Source: a candidate division WOR-3 bacterium
Lineage (GTDB): Bacteria; Hydrothermota; Tepidihabitantia; Tepidihabitantales; JBDRVQ01
DNA length: 64,000 nt
Direction: 5' to 3'
NCBI GenBank assembly: GCA_039801905.1
Contig: JBDRVQ010000002.1
Coordinates: 3,147-67,146 of the forward strand
Shown in pieces: positions 8,670-22,747 of this stretch. The stretch's first letter is position 1, and each line of letters starts with the position of its first letter. A program made the position numbers and the translations under genes. A model generated the notes under the pieces. It made no database searches. It was not told the DNA's origin and worked only from the letters and a program-made list of their open reading frames with translations.

Positions 8670-10553
8670 TTGACGGCAAAAATAGGGTATGATAGCCAAA
8701 TCTTCTATTTTTTTCCTCCTTTCTTTTCTTTTCTTTTTGGTCAAACGCTTCCCAAAACCCAACACTGGTGGGAAGCAGAGAGGCACCGAAAGGAAGTAGA
8801 AGAAAGACAACCTTCGTCTATAATCAAACCGAGTCCATTGCGACTAAGGAAATTACCATCAATCACGCGGGAAATTTATGGCTATAACCCATACTGGGTT
8901 GATGAACGCTGGTTTCACTACGATTTATTAACTCGCATCGGTCTATTTGATGTGACTCTGGAACCAGATGGTTCAATCACCAATGCCCATAACTTTCCCG
9001 GTCGTTGGGCAAGAGTGATTGACCGGGCGCACCGCAATGGTGTGAAGTGCGAAATGGTGGCAACCTGTTTTGGCTGGTGGAATATTCACCAAGCAATCCG
9101 GGCTCCAGCCGCCATTCCTAATTTAGTAGCGTTGGCGGAATCGTCCGGAGTAGACGGAATTAATATTGATTTTGAAGATATTTTAAGTTCGGACCGCGAT
9201 ACAGTAGTCCTTTTTATGCAAAGGCTATCCGCCGCGTGCTGGGCTTCTGGCCTGGAATTGACGATGGCAACGATGCCCTTAGATTTCGCCAACGCCTATG
9301 ATTTCCGGGCGCTTGCCGAAACCACCGATGGTCTTTTTATTATGGGCTACAACTTCCACTGGCAAAGTTGTCCAGAGGCAGGACCAGTTGCCCCGCTCTT
9401 TGGCTGGGAATATTACGGAAATTTGCAAATGACCCTAAATGAATACCTGAACGAAATTGGCAACGGAAGAAAACTTTATTTAGGGGTGCCTTACTATGGT
9501 TTTCAGTGGCCAACCTTAGCGGAGACCACCCATTCTCGAACTTCTGGTCCGGGTGAGGTAATTTACTACGCAGAGGCGTCAAACCGGGCAAGAGAATATG
9601 GTTACCTCTGGGATGAGGAATCCCAGACACCTTGGTACCGATTTCACAGCGGGGTCTGGAATCAGGGTTGGTTTGACGATGATTCCAGTCTCTTTCTTAA
9701 ATACCAAGAAGTCCACGAACACGATCTCTTAGGCGCCGGTATTTGGGCGCTCGGCTATGATGGTCCTCGTCGAGAACTTTGGGCAACGCTGCGCGAGAGC
9801 TTTAACCGACCGCAGGAAGATTTCACTAACGGTGATTGTGAAATTTGGCAACTTGATACATCGGCAGTACCCAGCGATACCAGTCCGAATCCTTTAGGCT
9901 GGTATGAGGGGCGTAAAGCCCAATACCGACGCGAGACAGAAATCGTGCGAACCGGGAGCGCAAGCATTCGTCACATCCCGGATTCTCTCGGTTATCCTTG
10001 GCCGGTCACTTCCAGACTATTTCAGGATGTATTGGTGACACCCGGTCTTTTCTATGAGTTCTCCGGCTGGTCTTATAAGAATGACCACCGGGGTAACCGG
10101 ACTTATCTTCTTCTCCAGTGGTTTGACTCCACCCATAGGGTAATTGGCAGTGTCTCTTCCCAAGTGCTCAGTACCGACAGCGCTTCTTGGCGCTTTTTGA
10201 CCACCGGCCGGGTTATTGCTCCTTCCCATTCCCAATTCGCCCGCCTCTCCCCTTTAATTGAAGGCTGGGGCGGTGCGGACTTTTGGGACGACTTAGACTT
10301 CAGTCCGGGTAATAAGATTGAAGAAACAACCAGTCTTGATACCTGGGTTTTAAATCTCCCCACAGTTGTTCACCACAATTTAAGAATGCCCCTAATTAAA
10401 AGTAATTACCGAGTAGAACTTTTAAGCGCCACCGGTCAAAAGGTGATGGATTTGTCACCTGGTGGCAACAATATTTCCTTCCTACCAGCAGGCATCTATT
10501 TTATAAAAATCAATCCCGGAAACATCGCCAAAAAAATAATTTTAGCAGAATAG
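8670..10553 (+). CDS. Glycoside hydrolase family 18 (chitinase-like) protein with C-terminal T9SS sorting domain
   Basis: VDGINIDFEDI matches the GH18 DxxDxDxE catalytic motif. C-terminus ..NISFLPAGIYFIKINPGNIAKKIILAE is a Por/T9SS-CTD-like tail. The start and frame near 8670-8800 are uncertain (see findings). Confidence 0.65.
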   Translation: MTAKIGYDSQIFYFFPPFFSFLFGQTLPKTQHWWEAERHRKEVEERQPSSIIKPSPLRLRKLPSITREIYGYNPYWVDERWFHYDLLTRIGLFDVTLEPDGSITNAHNFPGRWARVIDRAHRNGVKCEMVATCFGWWNIHQAIRAPAAIPNLVALAESSGVDGINIDFEDILSSDRDTVVLFMQRLSAACWASGLELTMATMPLDFANAYDFRALAETTDGLFIMGYNFHWQSCPEAGPVAPLFGWEYYGNLQMTLNEYLNEIGNGRKLYLGVPYYGFQWPTLAETTHSRTSGPGEVIYYAEASNRAREYGYLWDEESQTPWYRFHSGVWNQGWFDDDSSLFLKYQEVHEHDLLGAGIWALGYDGPRRELWATLRESFNRPQEDFTNGDCEIWQLDTSAVPSDTSPNPLGWYEGRKAQYRRETEIVRTGSASIRHIPDSLGYPWPVTSRLFQDVLVTPGLFYEFSGWSYKNDHRGNRTYLLLQWFDSTHRVIGSVSSQVLSTDSASWRFLTTGRVIAPSHSQFARLSPLIEGWGGADFWDDLDFSPGNKIEETTSLDTWVLNLPTVVHHNLRMPLIKSNYRVELLSATGQKVMDLSPGGNNISFLPAGIYFIKINPGNIAKKIILAE

Positions 10554-10612
10554 TTTGATAAATGCCTTCTCGCTTTATTGACTTTTATTAATACCTTAAT
10601 ATATTATTAAGT

Positions 10613-11770
10613 ATGGGCTCATATTATTCTTCCCCACGCCATTACCTCTTTGCCCCGATCCTTGGAGTTTTTATTCTCCTCTTCTCCCTCCTCGGCTTCG
10701 GACGAAGTGAAGGAGAGAGGGAGGCAATGTTTTATAAAAAGTTGGAAGGGAATAAAGTTGTCTGCGAACTCTGCCCCCGCTACTGCTTAATTGAACCGCA
10801 TAAAAGGGGGTTCTGCCGGAACCGGGAAAACAGGAACGGTAGACTCTATTCCATCGTCTATGCTTATCCCTGCTCTGTCAATCGGGAGCCAATTGAGAAG
10901 GCACCATTTTTTCACTTTCTCCCCGGAGAACTCCGTCTCACCCTGGCAACCGTCTCCTGCAATCAACGTTGTAAATACTGTCAGAATTGGGAGATCTCCC
11001 AACGTAGTTTAGAAGAAGTACCCAGTTTCTATCTCCCTCCCGAAGAGGTGGTGAAGACCGCCAAGAAGTGGGGGGTGAAGATAATCTGCTTCACTTATAC
11101 CGAACCAATCGTCTTTTATGAATATATGTATGATATCGCCAAGTTGGCAAGAAAGGAAGGGATAAAATCAGTTGTGGTCACCGGGGGCTATATTAACGAA
11201 ATCCCTCTGAGGGAATTGTGTAAGGTGGTTGATGGAATAAAGGTTGATCTGAAGGGTTTTAACGAAGATTTTTACGAAAAGACCTGCTCCTCAACCCTCC
11301 AACCAGTCCTGGATGCCTTAAAGATAATTAGAGAGGAAGGAGTCTGGTTGGAAATTGTCAATCTGGTGGTACCTTCTCTCAATGATGACTTAAAAGAGAT
11401 AAAGAAGATGTGCCAGTGGATAAAGGAAAACTTGGGAGAAGATGTTCCTTTACATTTTACCCGCTTCTTCCCCAATTATAAGTTACAGCAACTACCGCCG
11501 ACCCCAATCAAGACCTTAGAAGCCGCGCACCAGGTGGCCAGGGAATGTGGTTTGAAGTATGTCTATCTGGGAAACTGCCCGGGGCATAAGTTTGAGAATA
11601 CCTATTGTCCGAAGTGCGGTACTCTTTTGATCAAGAGGGTCGGTATCACAATGACCGAAAACCACCTGAAAGATGGGAAATGTCCAAAATGCGGGGAGAA
11701 GATTCCGGGGATTTTTACTTTGATCCAAAAGAATATGACCTCTGCGGCAAGAAGAAAAAATGAAGAGTAA
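10613..11770 (+). CDS. AmmeMemoRadiSam-system-type radical SAM enzyme (AmrS-like). An alternative start at 10727 (MFYKKLEG) would remove a hydrophobic N-terminal extension
   Basis: KVVCELCPRYCLIEPHKRGFCRNRENRNGRLY..EPIEKAPFFHFLPG..SCNQRCKYCQNWEIS. This is the N-terminal Cys cluster plus the CxxxCxxC radical-SAM motif typical of AmrS/PflA-like activases. Confidence 0.65.
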   Translation: MGSYYSSPRHYLFAPILGVFILLFSLLGFGRSEGEREAMFYKKLEGNKVVCELCPRYCLIEPHKRGFCRNRENRNGRLYSIVYAYPCSVNREPIEKAPFFHFLPGELRLTLATVSCNQRCKYCQNWEISQRSLEEVPSFYLPPEEVVKTAKKWGVKIICFTYTEPIVFYEYMYDIAKLARKEGIKSVVVTGGYINEIPLRELCKVVDGIKVDLKGFNEDFYEKTCSSTLQPVLDALKIIREEGVWLEIVNLVVPSLNDDLKEIKKMCQWIKENLGEDVPLHFTRFFPNYKLQQLPPTPIKTLEAAHQVARECGLKYVYLGNCPGHKFENTYCPKCGTLLIKRVGITMTENHLKDGKCPKCGEKIPGIFTLIQKNMTSAARRKNEE

Positions 11771-12803
11771 GGTTTATTTTCTGCCGTTAGATAGCGGTAA
11801 AGACCTGAACGCTAATCGGGCGAAATATGTCTCATTTCTCAATTTTGTCTTTAATGAGACAAATTTTTTCTCTTCTATTCCCTCCCACAAAAAAATTGGG
11901 ATAAAAGTTCATTTCGGAGAGGAGGGGAGAGAAAATTACCTAAATCCGGAATACGTTCGGGAAGTTGTTCTCCTTTGCGGCGGTTCCGGCCTCCAGCCCT
12001 ATCTCTTAGAGACCGCCACCCTCTATCGGGGAAAGCGGCAGGAAGAGAAGAGCCATTTTGAATTAGCGCAGCAACACGGTTTTACCCTGCAGAAGGTTTT
12101 AGCCCCTATCATCTTTGTTGACGGGAAGCGGGGGGAGTTTTATTCCGAAATCAACGGTAAAAAAATTGGCCGCCGCTTGAAGGGGTTTAAATTCTTAATT
12201 AACCTCGCCCACTTTAAGGGACATATGGTTACCGGTTTTGGGGGGGCATTAAAGAATATCGGAATGGGTTTGGCGGCAAAAGGTGGGAAATTAGATATGC
12301 ATTCGGTCTCTATCCCCTACATTGATGAAAGTAAATGTTCCTTTTGCGGCACCTGTGCGGAATATTGTCCCAACGAGGCAATCATCTTTCGCCAGGGTCG
12401 CTATCTCATAAATAACAAATGCGTGGGGTGTAGCGGCTGTCTCACCATTTGCCCCAATTATGCAATTCAGATTAAATGGGATTCCAGTTCTGAAGAGTTA
12501 CAAAAAAAAGTTGCCGAATATGCCCATTCCATCTTAAAAGACCGGTTCTGCCTCCACTTCAACTTTTTAATTGACATCACCCCTAATTGTGATTGCTTTC
12601 CGAAAACCGAAGAGCCCATTGTTAAAGACATTGGGATTCTCGCTTCCTTTGACCCAGTCGCCTTAGATCAGGCGGGCTACGATATGGTTAAGGATAACAT
12701 TAAAGCCATCTATCCCCAAATTAATCCGGAGATTGTCTTAAAGGTGGGAGAGGAGTTAGGGATTGGTTCTCGGGAATACGAACTCTGCCCTTATGAAATT
12801 TAA
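11760..12803 (+). CDS. DUF362-family protein with 2x[4Fe-4S] ferredoxin domain
   Basis: CSFCGTCAEYCP and CVGCSGCLTICP cluster motifs. N-terminal region typical of DUF362. Overlaps the amrS stop. Confidence 0.5.
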   Translation: MKSKVYFLPLDSGKDLNANRAKYVSFLNFVFNETNFFSSIPSHKKIGIKVHFGEEGRENYLNPEYVREVVLLCGGSGLQPYLLETATLYRGKRQEEKSHFELAQQHGFTLQKVLAPIIFVDGKRGEFYSEINGKKIGRRLKGFKFLINLAHFKGHMVTGFGGALKNIGMGLAAKGGKLDMHSVSIPYIDESKCSFCGTCAEYCPNEAIIFRQGRYLINNKCVGCSGCLTICPNYAIQIKWDSSSEELQKKVAEYAHSILKDRFCLHFNFLIDITPNCDCFPKTEEPIVKDIGILASFDPVALDQAGYDMVKDNIKAIYPQINPEIVLKVGEELGIGSREYELCPYEI

Positions 12804-13536
12804 TATCTCCTTACCTATTTTTTCTGGCCCGATTGAACTCTTGCTTTATCTCATAAGAAAGGAGGAGGTCTCCATCTTTGAGATTCCCATCGCCACCGTC
12901 ACCAACCAATTTTTAGAGTTTATCCGGGGACTTTCGGAATTAAAAGACCAACCCTTCTATTCGGATCTCTCCGATTTCCTCTTAATGGCGACGGTTTTAA
13001 TCCGGATTAAATTGCGCAAACTTATCCCTACCTCTGAGGAAAAAAGCGAGGAGGTGACCGTTTCCATTTTTGAAATCTACGAAGAGTTTGAGAGGTATAA
13101 GAAATTGGCTTCCCTCTTATCTTCCTTAGAAGAAGAACGTTCCGCTCTCTTTACCCGTCCCAAAACAATTCCGACCGAAGAAGAGGAGTTGGATATCGTT
13201 GATTTGATGAAGATCTTCTACCATTTACAGAAGAAGGGGAAAGAGAAACTATTTATTGAAAAACCACCTTTCCGCTTGGAAGAGCGAATCGCCTTAGTTC
13301 GGGAGAAGATTGAAAAGATGCAAGCGGTGGGCAATGGAAAAGGAGAGAAGGAATTTCTCACCTTTTTTGGTCTTCTAAAAGAGGCGAAGGATATTAAAGA
13401 CATTGTCATCATCTTTTTTGCCCTGTTAGAATTGGCATTTTTGGGGGAAGTGAAATTAATCCAGGAAAAAGATTTTGGTGATATCCTGGTCATCCCCCTT
13501 AAGAAAAAAGGTAAGGAAGGAAGAAATGAGAATTGA
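12793..13536 (+). CDS. scpA: Segregation and condensation protein A (kleisin); the track's upstream start at 12763 is less likely
   Basis: FSGPIELLLYLIRKEEVSIFEIPIATVTNQFLEFI matches the ScpA N-terminal signature. Confidence 0.7.
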   Translation: MKFNISLPIFSGPIELLLYLIRKEEVSIFEIPIATVTNQFLEFIRGLSELKDQPFYSDLSDFLLMATVLIRIKLRKLIPTSEEKSEEVTVSIFEIYEEFERYKKLASLLSSLEEERSALFTRPKTIPTEEEELDIVDLMKIFYHLQKKGKEKLFIEKPPFRLEERIALVREKIEKMQAVGNGKGEKEFLTFFGLLKEAKDIKDIVIIFFALLELAFLGEVKLIQEKDFGDILVIPLKKKGKEGRNEN

Positions 13537-13870
13537 AAGGACCGGTTTTGGCTGGATAATCGTTGACGGTGTCAAATACACCTCGGACATTATCATCACC
13601 ACCAACGGTGAGATAAGAAATCGCTATGAAGATTTTTCTGGCTCCAGCCATTCCCTCTCCGAAAAAGAATTAGAAAAATTGCTGATCGGCAACCCAGAGG
13701 TGGTAATTATCGGGACGGGACAAAATGGTTGTCTCTCCCTATCTCCTGAGATAAAAGACTATTTAAAAAAGAAAGATGTGGAATTTATCTCCCTTCTCAC
13801 TCCAGAGGCGATAAGAGCCTTTAATCAAGAAAAGCGGAAAAAGTCCGCCCTCTTCCATCTCACCTGCTAA
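13526..13870 (+). CDS. Mth938-like (DUF498) domain protein
   Basis: MRIERTGFGWIIVDGVKYTSDIIITTNGEI..PEVVIIGTGQNG..ALFHLTC matches the Mth938 family pattern end to end. The start overlaps the scpA stop. The track's longer start at 13475 was rejected. Confidence 0.6.
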   Translation: MRIERTGFGWIIVDGVKYTSDIIITTNGEIRNRYEDFSGSSHSLSEKELEKLLIGNPEVVIIGTGQNGCLSLSPEIKDYLKKKDVEFISLLTPEAIRAFNQEKRKKSALFHLTC

Positions 13871-13874
13871 AATT

Positions 13875-14648
13875 ATGATTGAAATTGGTTGTTGCGGCTT
13901 TCCGGTAAGCCGAGCGCTATACTACAAGACTTTTAATTGTTGCGAAATCCAAGTTACTTTCTACACATTTCCCAATCTCTCCCTTTTGGAAAGATGGCGC
14001 CGGGAAGCCCCACCCGGTTTTTCCTTCATCTTAAAAGCATCCCAATTGCTCACCCATCCCCCTTCTTCTCCCACCTACAAACGCTTCCAACCCTCTTCTT
14101 TTCCCTTTCCCCTTAACGAAAAAAATTTAGGTTTCTTCCGTTTAACCAAAGAGACTAAAGCCGCCTGGGAGGAGACAAGAAAGAGGGCAGAAGTCCTAAA
14201 GGCAGAGATGATTATCTTTCAAACCCCACCCTCCTTCTCCGAAGAAGGAGAAAATGTCAAAAATATCTATTCCTTCTTCTCCAAAATTGACCGGGGAGAT
14301 TTAACCTTAGTCTGGGAAGCGAGAGGAAAGTGGCAGGATAAAACCTTAAAGAAAATCTCTCGGGAATTGAAATTGATTTTAGCCTTTGACCCAATGGTGA
14401 AACTGCCCATTTCTGGTCTCTTTCAAAAAAGAGGCAAAAACCCTTGTGCCTTTTATTTCCGTCTCCACGGCGGAAAAGGCTACCGTCATAAATTTTCTAA
14501 GGAAGAGTTAGAAAGAATTGCCCAGGAGGCAATTTCCCGAAAGAACGGTTATATTATGTTTAATAACATTACAATGTTTGAAGACGCAAAAAGAATGAAG
14601 AAGATAATGGAGGAACTCTCTAATGAATTACGAGAAAATAAAAGATGA
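13875..14648 (+). CDS. DUF72 (YecE-like) family protein
   Basis: [26 protein letters not shown] matches the DUF72 N-terminal pattern. Confidence 0.5.
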   Translation: MIEIGCCGFPVSRALYYKTFNCCEIQVTFYTFPNLSLLERWRREAPPGFSFILKASQLLTHPPSSPTYKRFQPSSFPFPLNEKNLGFFRLTKETKAAWEETRKRAEVLKAEMIIFQTPPSFSEEGENVKNIYSFFSKIDRGDLTLVWEARGKWQDKTLKKISRELKLILAFDPMVKLPISGLFQKRGKNPCAFYFRLHGGKGYRHKFSKEELERIAQEAISRKNGYIMFNNITMFEDAKRMKKIMEELSNELRENKR

Positions 14649-15534
14649 GATTTTACGATTAAAGAGAGAGAAGGGGGCGGTCATTTTAGTTCACAATTAC
14701 CAAAGACCCGAAATCTACGAAGTCGCTGACTTTATCGGTGATTCCCTTGACCTTTCTCTGCGGGCAAAGGAGACCGAAGCGAAAATTATCATCTTCTGCG
14801 GTGTCCACTTTATGGCGGAGACCGCTAAAATTCTAAATCCCCAAAAGATTGTTCTGATGCCCGATATTAATGCTGGTTGTCCGATGGCGGATATGGTGAG
14901 TAAGGAAGCACTTTTAAGAAAAAAGGAGGAGATTGGGGATTGTCTTATTGTCTCTTATATTAATACCACTGCGGAGGTGAAGGCGGAATCGGATATCATT
15001 TGCACCTCCGCCAACTGCGTGAAAGTCGTTCAATCCCTCCCGGTGGAAAAAAAGATTCTTTTTGTCCCAGATAAAAACTTAGCCCTTTATGTTGCCCAGG
15101 AGACCGGAAGGGAAAATATCATCCCCTGGGAAGGTTTCTGTTATGTTCATGCCCTTTGGTTTGAGCCCGAAGATGTAGACAATGCCCGAGTGAGATACCC
15201 AGAAGCAAAAATTCTTTGCCATCCGGAATGTCGACTTGAGGTCTTAAAAAAGGCGGATTATGTCGCCTCCACCAGCGGTATGGTTCGTCTCAGTAAGGAA
15301 TTGCCGGAAGTCGTCTTAGGAACCGAAGTCGGTTTAGTAAACCGAATAAAAAGGGAATACCCGGGGAAAAAGTGCTACCCCTTGAAGGAAAGTGCCATCT
15401 GTGCCAATATGAAAAAGACAACCTTGGAGAAGGTTCTTATTTCTCTAACCGAGATGAAATATCCGATTGAGGTGGCGGAAGAAGTTCGGTTCAGAGCGCA
15501 AAAAGCCTTAGAGCGGATGTTTGCTGTGCGATGA
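14623..15534 (+). CDS. nadA: Quinolinate synthase
   Basis: [41 protein letters not shown]. Confidence 0.9.
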   Translation: MNYEKIKDEILRLKREKGAVILVHNYQRPEIYEVADFIGDSLDLSLRAKETEAKIIIFCGVHFMAETAKILNPQKIVLMPDINAGCPMADMVSKEALLRKKEEIGDCLIVSYINTTAEVKAESDIICTSANCVKVVQSLPVEKKILFVPDKNLALYVAQETGRENIIPWEGFCYVHALWFEPEDVDNARVRYPEAKILCHPECRLEVLKKADYVASTSGMVRLSKELPEVVLGTEVGLVNRIKREYPGKKCYPLKESAICANMKKTTLEKVLISLTEMKYPIEVAEEVRFRAQKALERMFAVR

Positions 15535-17171
15535 AGATTGCTCTGGCTCAGATCAATCTCACCGTTGGTGATTTTATAAATAACCAGGAAAAGATTTTAG
15601 CCAGGATCAATTCGGCAAAGAAAGAGAGATGTGAGATTATCGTCTTTCCGGAATTAGCAACCACTGGTTACCCACCCCAAGACCTCCTTTTCCGAGAAGA
15701 CTTCATCACCGCCAATTGGCAACTCGCCCAAAGGATTATTAAAGAGAGTAAAGGGATCGGTATCGTTTTCGGGTGTGTGGAATGGGAGAAGAGAAAGTTC
15801 TCTCATCCGGATAGATCATTCTCTCCCTTCTTCCCAGGTGTCCTTTACAATTCTGCCCTCTTTGCCTACAATCAAAAGATTATCAGCCGGATAAGAAAAA
15901 TCAACCTTCCTTCTTACGACGTCTTTGATGAAAAGCGATATTTCCAACCCGGAAACAAGATAAGGGTATTAAAATTTATCGGGAGAAAAATTGGGATTAA
16001 TATCTGTGAAGATATCTGGGTGGAAAATGGGGTTTTAGAGAAGCAAAAATCTCTCGGTGCGGAGATAATAATTAACATCTCTGCTTCCCCATTTTATATT
16101 GGAAAATACGAAAGAAGAAAAGAGATGTTAAGGGAAAAGGCTAAGAAAAATCAGGTTTATCTTATCTATTGCAATTTGGTTGGTGGCCAGGATGATTTAA
16201 TATTTGATGGGGGCAGTTTTGTCTTTACTCCGGAAGGTAAATTGATTGCCTGCGGCAAGAGGTTTGAAGAAGATTTGGTCATTTTCTCTTTGGAGGAAAA
16301 GGAAAAAGAAGAAAAAGAGTGGCGCGTGGAGGAAGAGGTAGTGGCAGCTCTCGGACTGGGTCTAAAAGATTATTTACAAAAAAACGGTTTTAAGAAGGTC
16401 TGCTTGGGAATCTCCGGTGGTATTGACTCGGCGATTACTGCTGCCTTGGCGGTAAAGGCACTGGGGAGGGAAAGTGTCTTAGGGGTGATTATGCCCGGTC
16501 CTTATACACCAAAGTCCTCCCGTCGGGATGCCGAGTTGGTAGTAAAGAATCTCGGTATCTCTTATTGGGAAATAGATATTAGAGAGATCTATAACTCATA
16601 CTTAAAAACCCTAAAAAGATTCTTAAAGAAAGAAAGGGAAGTTGATACTACCTGGGAAAATATCCAAGCCCGGATCCGAGGAAATATCCTAATGGCAATT
16701 TCCAATAAATTCGGCCACTTAGTCCTCTCCACCGGCAATAAATCGGAAATGGCGGTTGGCTATACCACCCTTTACGGCGATATGGCGGGTGGCTTAGCCA
16801 TCATCGCTGATTTGCCGAAGTCACTAATTTACAAAGTGGCTCATTATCTCAATGAGACCTCAGAAAGAGAAGTAATCCCTAAGAGAATCGTCACCAAACC
16901 CCCTTCTGCGGAATTGAGACCGAATCAAAGGGATGAAGATGACCTTCTCCCCTATTCCCTCCTTGACGAAATCCTTCGTCTCTACATTGAAGAGAATTTC
17001 TCTCCCCCTCAGATTATAAAGAGAGGGTTTAAGAAAGAAGATGTGGAGAGAGTGGTGCGATTAGTGAACAAAAATGAGTACAAGAGAAGACAGGCACCTC
17101 TCCCCTTAAAAATTACTCACAAGGCATTCGGCTTTGGTCGCCGTATGCCTATCACCAATAAATTTATCTAA
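15531..17171 (+). CDS. nadE: Glutamine-dependent NAD+ synthetase (nitrilase domain + NAD synthase domain)
   Basis: N-terminal CN-hydrolase domain ([16 protein letters not shown]) and C-terminal [10 protein letters not shown]-loop. Overlaps the nadA stop. Confidence 0.9.
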   Translation: MKIALAQINLTVGDFINNQEKILARINSAKKERCEIIVFPELATTGYPPQDLLFREDFITANWQLAQRIIKESKGIGIVFGCVEWEKRKFSHPDRSFSPFFPGVLYNSALFAYNQKIISRIRKINLPSYDVFDEKRYFQPGNKIRVLKFIGRKIGINICEDIWVENGVLEKQKSLGAEIIINISASPFYIGKYERRKEMLREKAKKNQVYLIYCNLVGGQDDLIFDGGSFVFTPEGKLIACGKRFEEDLVIFSLEEKEKEEKEWRVEEEVVAALGLGLKDYLQKNGFKKVCLGISGGIDSAITAALAVKALGRESVLGVIMPGPYTPKSSRRDAELVVKNLGISYWEIDIREIYNSYLKTLKRFLKKEREVDTTWENIQARIRGNILMAISNKFGHLVLSTGNKSEMAVGYTTLYGDMAGGLAIIADLPKSLIYKVAHYLNETSEREVIPKRIVTKPPSAELRPNQRDEDDLLPYSLLDEILRLYIEENFSPPQIIKRGFKKEDVERVVRLVNKNEYKRRQAPLPLKITHKAFGFGRRMPITNKFI

Positions 17172-17219
17172 AGATCTCCCTCCTTTTAGGGAGAAAGAGG
17201 TTGCGCAATGCCCGGATTT

Positions 17220-18326
17220 TTAACTCTTATAGCGCCGGGTTCCGTATTCAATCAGGTCGCGGAGTGCCTTCGGGTCCGAAGAGTTAGCGAGAGCGGTTTC
17301 ATAGTTAATCTTTCCCATCTTGTATAATTCCGCCAGATAGGCATCAAATGAGATACTACCTTCGGCACTGGAGGTCTGAATCGCCGATGGTAAATGTTCA
17401 ATCTTTTTCTCTCGGATGAGGTTTTTCACCGCGGGGGTTGCCATCATTATCTCAAAAGCGGCAATCCTACCTTTCCCTTCCGCCCGCAAAAGGAGTCTTT
17501 GGGAAAAGACCGCCAAAAGGGAGATAGAAAATTGGATTCTGATCTGGTCGCGAATTTCCGGGGGGAAGATATCAATAAATCTAGTGACGGTTTCCGGAGC
17601 ATTAGTAGTGTGAAGGGTGCCAATTACTAAATGTCCGGATTCCGCAGCCCAGACTGTTGCCTCCGCGGTTGCCAAATCCCGAATCTCGCCGACCAGAATC
17701 ACATTGGGATTAGAACGCAAGCCCTTCATTATCGCCTCGCGGAAGGAGGAGACATCCGTTCCTACTTCCCTCTGGGTAATGATTCCTGCCTTATGGTCGT
17801 GGATGAATTCAATCGGATCTTCAATCGTGAGCACATGTCTCGGTGAATTTAATATGTAGTCAATAAAGGTGGCTTGGGTTGTCGTCTTACCAGAACCAGT
17901 GGGACCAGTTACCAAAATCAGACCGTGGGGCCGATCTAAAAGAAATTTAATCTTCGGAATGAGATGGGGGAGAAAACCAATCTCCTCAAAAGTCATAATC
18001 TTTCTGGGAATGAGACGGAGAGCTAAACCGAAGTATCCCTTTTGTTTATAGATAGCAACCCGAAAACGAGCGATATTTTTATAATTGAAAGCAAAATCGC
18101 CACCGCCGCCATCCTCAATCTGCACCCTGAGATGTTTTGCCTGGCGCGAAACGATGTCCTTAAAACGGGAGGTAATTTCTGGGGTTAACGCAGCAGCGCC
18201 ATCAATTGGATAGAGTTTGCCATCAATTCTTAAAGTTGGTGGCCGCCCCACCGTTAAATGGATATCCGAGGCGTTGACCTCAATACACCGTGCTAAAAGG
18301 GAATCTAAATACTCTTCTTCATTCAT
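17220..18326 (-). CDS. pilT: Type IV pilus twitching-motility ATPase PilT
   Basis: GLILVTGPTGSGKTTT Walker A and PilT-type sequence throughout. Confidence 0.85.
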   Translation of the reverse strand: MNEEEYLDSLLARCIEVNASDIHLTVGRPPTLRIDGKLYPIDGAAALTPEITSRFKDIVSRQAKHLRVQIEDGGGGDFAFNYKNIARFRVAIYKQKGYFGLALRLIPRKIMTFEEIGFLPHLIPKIKFLLDRPHGLILVTGPTGSGKTTTQATFIDYILNSPRHVLTIEDPIEFIHDHKAGIITQREVGTDVSSFREAIMKGLRSNPNVILVGEIRDLATAEATVWAAESGHLVIGTLHTTNAPETVTRFIDIFPPEIRDQIRIQFSISLLAVFSQRLLLRAEGKGRIAAFEIMMATPAVKNLIREKKIEHLPSAIQTSSAEGSISFDAYLAELYKMGKINYETALANSSDPKALRDLIEYGTRRYKS

Positions 18327-18442
18327 AACACACCTATTACCTTATACTTAATAATTAAGTATACCCTACTTTTAATAAAAGTCAAGGAACTTTTCTCATA
18401 CTTAAACTTTCTCATCTCTTTAACATTAATAATAATTTTGAT

Positions 18443-18486
18443 AAAAGTCAATAGTCCATTGACTTTTTCCCGAAACTAAATAAAAT
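18443..18486 (+). promoter_or_regulatory. Perfect 10-bp inverted repeat (AAAAGTCAAT-n5-ATTGACTTTT) overlapping a TTGACT-16-TAAAAT promoter 5 nt before the metK ATG
   Basis: Read directly from the sequence. A third half-site AAAAGTCAAG lies at ~18377. Confidence 0.45.
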
Positions 18487-18491
18487 GGCTT

Positions 18492-22745
<4,254 letters not shown>

Positions 22746-22747
22746 AA

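Noticed and set aside
9086-10363. Minus-strand ORFs of 68-96 aa inside the GH18 gene
   Set aside because: Antisense to a clearly coding frame, with no motifs.
17175-17194. 7-bp hairpin (TCTCCCT-ccttttA-GGGAGA) between convergent nadE and pilT
   Set aside because: It has a short stem and no flanking U-tract on either strand, so it is not a confident intrinsic terminator.
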